Below are positions 58,417 through 64,000 of a DNA stretch of 64,000 bases, piece after piece. A model generated the notes under the pieces. That model was not told the DNA's origin. It saw only the letters and a list, made by a program, of their open reading frames with translations, and made no database searches. Made by a program: the position numbers and the translations under genes. The DNA comes from an uncultured Ferrimicrobium sp. Its GTDB lineage: Bacteria > Actinomycetota > Acidimicrobiia > Acidimicrobiales > RAAP-2. Position 1 is the first letter of the stretch; each line of letters starts with the position of its first letter. The stretch covers positions 240,248-304,247 of the forward strand of contig CAYSVK010000003.1 of assembly GCA_964434455.1 (NCBI GenBank). The letters are read 5' to 3'.

Positions 58417-59437
58417 CGCCTGAGGCTTCCGTCACGCTTTCTTTTCCGGCGGTCACAAAGGGCATCATCTCTCGCAGTTTCGCGCCGACTTGCTCAATCG
58501 GGTGTCTCTTGCCCGACTCCTTTAACTCTCGGTATCGGGGACGACCGACTTCATTCTCCTTGATCCATTCGGCCGCGAAGCGACCGTCTTGGATCTCGTC
58601 GAGGATCTTGCGCATCTCGGACTTCACCTGATCGGTGATGACCCGGGACCCTCGAGTGAGATCTCCGTACTCGGCCGTGTCGGAGATGGAGTACCGCATG
58701 CCCGTGATGCCCTGTTCGTACATGAGGTCCACGATCAGCTTCAGTTCGTGCAGGCACTCGAAGTACGCACTCTCGGGTTGGTATCCGGCCTCGACCAAGG
58801 TCTCGTACCCGGCGCGGACCAGCGCCGTCACTCCCCCGCAGAGAACCGCCTGCTCACCGAAGAGATCGGTTTCGGTCTCTTCGGTAAACGTCGTTTCCAG
58901 CACGCCTGCGCGCGTGGCACCCAGTCCGTGCGCGTAGGCCAGCGCCGTCGCGTGCGCGTGACCGGTCGCGTCTTGGTGCACGGCGATGAGCGCGGGCACG
59001 CCGCCGCCTTCAACGAACGTTCGCCGCACAAGGTGACCGGGGCCCTTCGGCGCAATCATGATCACGTCGACGTCGTCGGGCGGAGTGATGAGCCCGTAGC
59101 GGATATTGAAGCCGTGGGCGAACGCCAAGGTCTTGCCCTTGGTCATGTGGCTGGCAACTAGTTCGGCGTACACGTGGCGCTGCTCGGTGTCCGGTAGCAA
59201 CATCATGACGAGATCGGCCTCGCTCGCGGCGTCCTCAATCGAGGTCACCTTCAGTCCCGCGGCCTCGGCCTTTGCCACGGAGTTCGACTCGGCGCGTAGT
59301 CCAACGCGAACGTCGTAGCCACTGTCGGCGAGATTGCGCGCGTGAGCGTGTCCCTGGGATCCATAACCCAGAATCGCGATCTTGCGGCCCTGGAGCACGG
59401 TTGGATCGGCGTCCTTCTCGTAGTACATAGTCGTCAT
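58409..59437 (-). CDS. ilvC: Ketol-acid reductoisomerase
   Basis: [45 protein letters not shown]. Confidence 0.96.
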   Translation of the reverse strand: MTTMYYEKDADPTVLQGRKIAILGYGSQGHAHARNLADSGYDVRVGLRAESNSVAKAEAAGLKVTSIEDAASEADLVMMLLPDTEQRHVYAELVASHMTKGKTLAFAHGFNIRYGLITPPDDVDVIMIAPKGPGHLVRRTFVEGGGVPALIAVHQDATGHAHATALAYAHGLGATRAGVLETTFTEETETDLFGEQAVLCGGVTALVRAGYETLVEAGYQPESAYFECLHELKLIVDLMYEQGITGMRYSISDTAEYGDLTRGSRVITDQVKSEMRKILDEIQDGRFAAEWIKENEVGRPRYRELKESGKRHPIEQVGAKLREMMPFVTAGKESVTEASGGE

Positions 59438-59457
59438 AGTTCTCCTTGGTACTCGTT

Positions 59458-60003
59458 CTAAACGTTGGGGCGTGAGTCGAGGCGCGGCAGCGCGACTCGT
59501 CCCGTTCGATGCAGTTCCACGTTCGCGAAACTTTCAACCCGGCGCTCAAAGGCGTCACAGGCGGCCGGAGGCCCTGAGAGCATGACCGTCACCGAATCCG
59601 TCGCGACGTCCACAATTGACGCTCCGGCGTGCGCCACTGCGTCGAGCACGGCTCGGCGGTTCTCGTCGTTGAGCGCGACGGTTGCGAGCAGCAGTTCGCG
59701 CTCGAGGGCGTTGCGCGGCGAGAGATCCGAAATTGACACCACGTTCACGAGCTTGTCGAGCTGACCCACAATCTGTTCCAGCGGTGTCGACTCGGCGTCG
59801 ACCACGATGGTGATGCGGCTAAAGCGGGCGTGGCCTTCACTCGGCGCCACGGCGAGCGAGTAGATGTTGAATCCGCGCCGAGCGAACAGTCCGGCGACTC
59901 GCGCGAGAACGCCCGCCTTGTTCTCAACCAGCACCGACAAAATGTGGTGCGTCACCGGCTGCTGCGTACTGCCGCCTTCGTACGGCTCGGGGGCCGCGCT
60001 CAT
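59458..60003 (-). CDS. ilvN: Acetolactate synthase small subunit
   Basis: [36 protein letters not shown]; start ATG 60003 overlapping the ilvB stop. Confidence 0.93.
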   Translation of the reverse strand: MSAAPEPYEGGSTQQPVTHHILSVLVENKAGVLARVAGLFARRGFNIYSLAVAPSEGHARFSRITIVVDAESTPLEQIVGQLDKLVNVVSISDLSPRNALERELLLATVALNDENRRAVLDAVAHAGASIVDVATDSVTVMLSGPPAACDAFERRVESFANVELHRTGRVALPRLDSRPNV

Positions 60004-61715
60004 GACTGATCCCCGCGCTGTGAGGGATGCACGACGATCTCGTCGTTCGTCGCTCCGGACGGCACCATGGGAAACACCTTCTCGTGTCGGTCGGTTCGAA
60101 AGTCGATGACGACCGGCACGTCGTTCACGGCGTTGGCCGTTTCGATGACCTCTTTCATCTGCTCGGGCGTGCTCGCGCGCAGTCCGACGCACCCCATGGC
60201 CTCGGCCCACTTCACGTAGTCGGGCAGATCGGGCGAGAGATAAACCTCGCTGTAGCGCTCGTCATAGAACATCTCTTGCCACTGGCGCACCATCCCGAGG
60301 TACGCGTTATTGAGTATCGCGATCTTGACGGGAATGCCTTCCGCTCGCGCGGTCACCAGTTCTTGGGCGGTCATCTGAAAGCAGCCGTCGCCGTCAATGG
60401 CCCACACCGTGCGATCGGGACGGGCCACCTTGGCGCCGATCGCGGCCGGAACTCCAAATCCCATCGTGCCCGCCCCGCCCGAGTTGATCCAGGTACGCGG
60501 TTCGTCGAAGCGCCAATGCTGACTGGCCCACATCTGGTGCTGACCAACGCCGGAGGTCACGATCGTGCCCGGCGCCGCGCTGTGGGCGATCGCTTCAATC
60601 ACTGCCTGTGGCCGAAGTGGTCCGTCGTCGAGCGCGTCGTCGTAGACGAGCGGGTACTCGGACTGCCATTCGCGCAGCTGACGCCACCACGCGGTGAGGT
60701 CGCTCGGCGCACCGAGTCGCGTGATCATCATCTCCATGGCCTCACGAACGTCGCCGTGTACGGCGACGTCGGCTCGACGCACTTTGTTCAGTTCCGCGCG
60801 ATCGATGTCGACGTGAATGATCTTCGCGTGAGGCGCGAACCCGTCCAGGCGCCCAGTGACGCGGTCATCGAAGCGGGCCCCGAGTGAGATCAACAGATCG
60901 CTCGCCTGCATGGCCGCCACGGCGCTGTACATGCCGTGCATTCCCGGCATGCCGAGGTGCGCTGGGCTGGAATCGGGAAACGCGCCGCGAGCCATGAGGG
61001 TGGTCACAACCGGCATGCCGGTGCGGGCCGCCAATGTCGCCAACGCGTCGGTGCCGTTGGCCTTCAGCACTCCACCGCCGACGTAGAGCACCGGGCGTTC
61101 GGCTGCCGCCATAAGTTCCACGGCGCGTTCAATCGATCGAGGATCGATGTCGATGTGCGCGCGATATCCCGGCAGGTCCAGCTCGTCAAGCGACCCGGGC
61201 CACCACCACTCCATCATCGACTGGCTCACATCCTTTGGAACATCGACGAGCACCGGACCGGGGCGACCCGTCGTGGCCAAGTGAAACGCCGAGGCGATCA
61301 CTCGCGGCAGTTCTGCTGCGGACGGGACGAGAAAGTTGTGCTTCGTGATTCCAGAGGTGATGCCGGTGATATCGCACTCCTGGAACGCATCGGTGCCGAT
61401 CGACTTTGTGGGCACCTGACCGGTGATCACGACGAGCGGCGTCGAATCCATGTGCGCATTGGCGATGGGCGTCACGATGTTGGTCGCTCCAGGTCCACTG
61501 GTCACCATGGCCACGCCCGGGCGGCCGCTGGCCATCGCGTAGCCCTCCGCCATGTGACCGGCGCCCTGCTCGTGTCGCACCAAGATGTGGCGGATGCTCG
61601 ACTCGATCAACGGGTCATAGACCGGCAGAATCGCGCCGCCGGGCAGCCCGAAGACCACTTCCACGCCCTCGTGCTCGAGGCTGCGAATGAGAGCTTGCGC
61701 TCCAGTCAGTTCCAC
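60000..61715 (-). CDS. ilvB: Acetolactate synthase large subunit
   Basis: [43 protein letters not shown]. Confidence 0.96.
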   Translation of the reverse strand: MELTGAQALIRSLEHEGVEVVFGLPGGAILPVYDPLIESSIRHILVRHEQGAGHMAEGYAMASGRPGVAMVTSGPGATNIVTPIANAHMDSTPLVVITGQVPTKSIGTDAFQECDITGITSGITKHNFLVPSAAELPRVIASAFHLATTGRPGPVLVDVPKDVSQSMMEWWWPGSLDELDLPGYRAHIDIDPRSIERAVELMAAAERPVLYVGGGVLKANGTDALATLAARTGMPVVTTLMARGAFPDSSPAHLGMPGMHGMYSAVAAMQASDLLISLGARFDDRVTGRLDGFAPHAKIIHVDIDRAELNKVRRADVAVHGDVREAMEMMITRLGAPSDLTAWWRQLREWQSEYPLVYDDALDDGPLRPQAVIEAIAHSAAPGTIVTSGVGQHQMWASQHWRFDEPRTWINSGGAGTMGFGVPAAIGAKVARPDRTVWAIDGDGCFQMTAQELVTARAEGIPVKIAILNNAYLGMVRQWQEMFYDERYSEVYLSPDLPDYVKWAEAMGCVGLRASTPEQMKEVIETANAVNDVPVVIDFRTDRHEKVFPMVPSGATNDEIVVHPSQRGDQS

Positions 61716-61738
61716 CTGAGATCCTTTACCTAGATAAC

Positions 61739-61764
61739 AAAAAAGGCCTCCCTTGCGGGAGGCC
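61739..61764 (-). terminator. Rho-independent terminator of the ilvB attenuator
   Basis: - strand GGCCTCCC-GCAA-GGGAGGCC followed by TTTTTT(GTT). Confidence 0.88.
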
Positions 61765-61784
61765 GAAGGTGCAAGTACGTGCGC

Positions 61785-61832
61785 CTACCCTCGGCCGGGA
61801 CCTACCAGTACGAGGATTGAGCACATAGACAT
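61785..61832 (-). CDS. ilvB attenuator leader peptide MSMCSILVLVGPGRG
   Basis: Contiguous Ile-Leu-Val-Leu-Val codons; antiterminator GGCCGAGGGU/ACCUUCGGCC overlaps the terminator 5' arm. Confidence 0.85.
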   Translation of the reverse strand: MSMCSILVLVGPGRG

Positions 61833-61875
61833 CACGGGGTAAGTCTCGCACGGCGACGGCCAAATTGCAACGCGG

Positions 61876-62412
61876 TCACCCTTTGAGGGCTCGAAGACGA
61901 CTCACGCGTTCGTCGCTGTCGCCAACAATTGCCGCCAACTCCTGAGCGACATCGAGCGGTCTGACGGATTTGGCGGTCGCCATCGCTTCGAGATCGACCC
62001 AGTCTTGCGGCCGGTGAAAGAACGCCTTAAAGATCGCGAGATCGTGGCAACTGAGAAATGGAATCTCTCGGCCGTGGAATCGTTCCCGACGTATCCGAGT
62101 CTCCACCACTGCGTGGAAATCGTGCGTGCTGAAAAAGACGTCGACAGGAATTCCGTCAGACCACACTCTCCCCTGTCCGTCTTTGGCGACGGCCGCCTTA
62201 AACGAAGGAACGTCGTCGAGATCGCCGGGCAGGGCGCGAAGGACTTTGGCCACCGACGTCGCGGGCAAAAAGACGTTGACGTCCACGTCCATGGTGGCGC
62301 GAACGCGCTCAGTGCACCAGGCCAGCGCTAAAGCGCCGCCAAACGCGTGCGGGATTTCAGCGCGGGTCAGCCGATCATCCAAATTGACGATGAGCTCGGA
62401 AAGTGTTGTCAC
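61876..62412 (-). CDS. Nucleotidyltransferase toxin candidate (MenT/AbiEii-like)
   Basis: FGGALAL, RATMDVD, IFKAF, RPQDWVDL; GTG 62412 overlaps the upstream TGA (GTGA). Confidence 0.75.
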   Translation of the reverse strand: MTTLSELIVNLDDRLTRAEIPHAFGGALALAWCTERVRATMDVDVNVFLPATSVAKVLRALPGDLDDVPSFKAAVAKDGQGRVWSDGIPVDVFFSTHDFHAVVETRIRRERFHGREIPFLSCHDLAIFKAFFHRPQDWVDLEAMATAKSVRPLDVAQELAAIVGDSDERVSRLRALKG

Positions 62413-62720
62413 GTTCGCGGGAACACAACAGTCGGTGCTGGCCCCACCTTCCATCGGGGATACGAGTCAACGAGCGACAGCACCAGCTCGAGCTCTTCTC
62501 CCTTGGTCATCGTCAGCGCTGGAATCCGAGGTTCGATCCGCACCAAGATCTGAAGTCCCGCGGCGGCGGCGAGTCGCTCGACCGTGGCCGTTGTCGGCGA
62601 GATTCGCCCGTGCTCGTACGCCGAAATCGTGGCCGGTGACGTCCCAGCGATGGCAGCCAACGAACGAAGTGACAACTTTGACTGGCGCCGAATCTCTCGG
62701 ACCGCAGTAGATCCGATCAC
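62409..62720 (-). CDS. XRE/Cro-family HTH protein, putative antitoxin
   Basis: REIRRQSKLSLRSLAAIAGTSPATISAYEHGRISPT; leaderless TAACAT -10 box. Confidence 0.82.
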   Translation of the reverse strand: MIGSTAVREIRRQSKLSLRSLAAIAGTSPATISAYEHGRISPTTATVERLAAAAGLQILVRIEPRIPALTMTKGEELELVLSLVDSYPRWKVGPAPTVVFPRT

Positions 62721-62727
62721 GAACTGA

Positions 62728-62747
62728 TGTTATCGGATCTGATAACA
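62728..62747. promoter_or_regulatory. Palindromic operator TGTTATC-GGATCT-GATAACA overlapping the -10 box of the HTH gene
   Basis: 20-bp palindrome with one mismatched pair, in the 28-bp gap between ilvD and the HTH gene. Confidence 0.7.
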
Positions 62748-62748
62748 C

Positions 62749-63999
62749 TCAGGCCGACGTGACGGCCCCTTTGTCGGCACCTTGAACGAGCCGGGCGAAC
62801 TTCTCCAGGACTCCGGTTGTGTAGCGGGGCCGAAAAGTCAGTTGTGCCCGACGTCGCCGTTCGAGTTCGGCGCTGTCGACGATCAGCTCGATCGATTCAC
62901 TCTCCACGTCGATCACAATTCGGTCACCATCGCGCACGAGACCGATCGGTCCGCCGTCAAGGGCTTCGGGGGCGATGTGGCCCACGCAGAAACCGTGCGT
63001 TCCCCCGCTGAAGCGACCATCAGTAACGAGCGCACAGTCGGCGCCACGTCCCACGCCCTTCATGGCGCCAGTAACGGCGAGCATCTCGCGCATGCCGGGG
63101 CCGGCGCGAGGACCTTCGTAGCGAATGACGACGACGGTTCCCGGAGTGATCCGGCCAGCCATGATTTCAGTCATCGCCGCGTCCTCACCATCGAAGACGC
63201 GCGCCACGCCGTCAAACGTGAGCGAATCAATACCGGCCACCTTCACGACACCACCCTTCGGGGCGAGCGAACCGGTGAGGATCGCGATGCCGCCTCGAGC
63301 GTGGATGGGATTACTCAGGGGGTGGATCACCTTGCCGTCGGGCGCAGGTGGACGCAGAGTGTCGAGTTCCTCGCCGAGCGAGCGACCCGTCACGGTCATC
63401 GCGTCACCGTCAATGAGGCCCGCTTCGAGCAAGTGCGCCAGCACGACTGGTACCCCGCCAATCTGATCGACGTCGACCATATGGAATTTGCCGTGCGGCT
63501 TGGTGTCAGCCAAGTGCGGCACGCGACGCGCCACGCGATTGAAGTCGTCGAGTTCGAGTTCCACGCGCGCCTCGTGCGCGATGGCGAGCAGGTGCAGCAC
63601 GGCATTTGTAGAGCCACCGAGTGCCATGACGACCGCGATCGCGTTGAGAAAGGCCGACTTGGTCATGATCTGGCGCGCCGTGATCCCACGATCAAGGAGG
63701 TGCAGGACTGCGGTACCGGAGTCGTAAGCGAGTTGATCGCGACGCGGATCAATGGAGGGAACTGACGCCGAACCCAGCAGGCTCATCCCGAGCGCTTCGC
63801 CGACGCTGGCCATTGTGTTGGCGGTGAACATGCCCGCACAGCTGCCTTCGCCCGGACAGGCCGAGCGCTCGATCAACGCCAGTTCCGCGTCACTCAATTG
63901 ATCCGCGGCATTGGCACCGACCGCCTCAAAGACCGAGACGATGTCGAGCGCTTCCCCATTGGCGTAACCCGGCAGGATCGTCCCGCCGTACAGAAAGAT
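62749..63999 (-). CDS. ilvD: Dihydroxy-acid dehydratase, 5'-truncated by window edge
   Basis: [46 protein letters not shown]. Confidence 0.95.
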   Translation of the reverse strand: MFLYGGTILPGYANGEALDIVSVFEAVGANAADQLSDAELALIERSACPGEGSCAGMFTANTMASVGEALGMSLLGSASVPSIDPRRDQLAYDSGTAVLHLLDRGITARQIMTKSAFLNAIAVVMALGGSTNAVLHLLAIAHEARVELELDDFNRVARRVPHLADTKPHGKFHMVDVDQIGGVPVVLAHLLEAGLIDGDAMTVTGRSLGEELDTLRPPAPDGKVIHPLSNPIHARGGIAILTGSLAPKGGVVKVAGIDSLTFDGVARVFDGEDAAMTEIMAGRITPGTVVVIRYEGPRAGPGMREMLAVTGAMKGVGRGADCALVTDGRFSGGTHGFCVGHIAPEALDGGPIGLVRDGDRIVIDVESESIELIVDSAELERRRRAQLTFRPRYTTGVLEKFARLVQGADKGAVTSA

Positions 64000-64000
64000 C

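Noticed and set aside
52175-62747. TA operator half-site GATAACA also occurs in both attenuator tails, suggesting the antitoxin binds there
   Set aside because: Only single half-sites; the 7-mer is expected a few times by chance in 64 kb and also occurs inside a coding region (11094-11100)
61833-62748. TA pair as a transposon or integrated element
   Set aside because: No transposase or integrase, terminal repeats or target-site duplication visible
1-64000. tRNA/rRNA genes, CRISPR arrays, prophage or IS elements
   Set aside because: No cloverleaf or T-loop patterns, spaced direct repeats, or phage/transposase ORFs seen; intergenic gaps are short and accounted for

Overview
A GC-rich, densely packed stretch of bacterial chromosome. 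Gene content and the many leaderless promoters suggest Actinomycetota, probably Acidimicrobiia (inference). From left to right it holds: the 3' part of metH; a lipoate/2-oxoacid dehydrogenase cluster (LipB-LipA fusion, E2, lpdA); rnhA, an Rrf2 regulator and thiE; a fragmented SUF Fe-S locus with two sufC copies; oligopeptidase B and mutY; the lower half of an ethylmalonyl-CoA-type pathway (MaoC hydratase, Mcd-like dehydrogenase, Mcl, Mcl2) with a NiCoT transporter; an accessory envelope/redox block at about 33-43 kb (NlpC/P60, Lgt-like, two GT-C-type membrane proteins, PemK-domain fusion, CADD-like oxidase, pilin-like protein); and a large branched-chain amino acid/serine region (ilvE, leuB, greA, leuCD, leuA, serA, aminotransferase, serC, ilvC, ilvN, ilvB, partial ilvD). 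The best leads are: (1) a self-contained XRE-HTH/MenT-like nucleotidyltransferase toxin-antitoxin module with its own palindromic operator, wedged between ilvD and the ilvB attenuator; (2) two unannotated leader-peptide attenuators (leuA, ilvB) sharing an identical 14-nt terminator tail; (3) a CADD-like putative self-sacrificing pABA synthase; (4) the dual-SufC split SUF system; (5) a candidate structured leader RNA and a 19-bp operator between mcl and the NlpC/P60 gene; (6) several apparent pseudoenzymes. I saw no rRNA, tRNA, CRISPR array, transposase or integrase. All family assignments come from motif recognition by eye; no searches were run.
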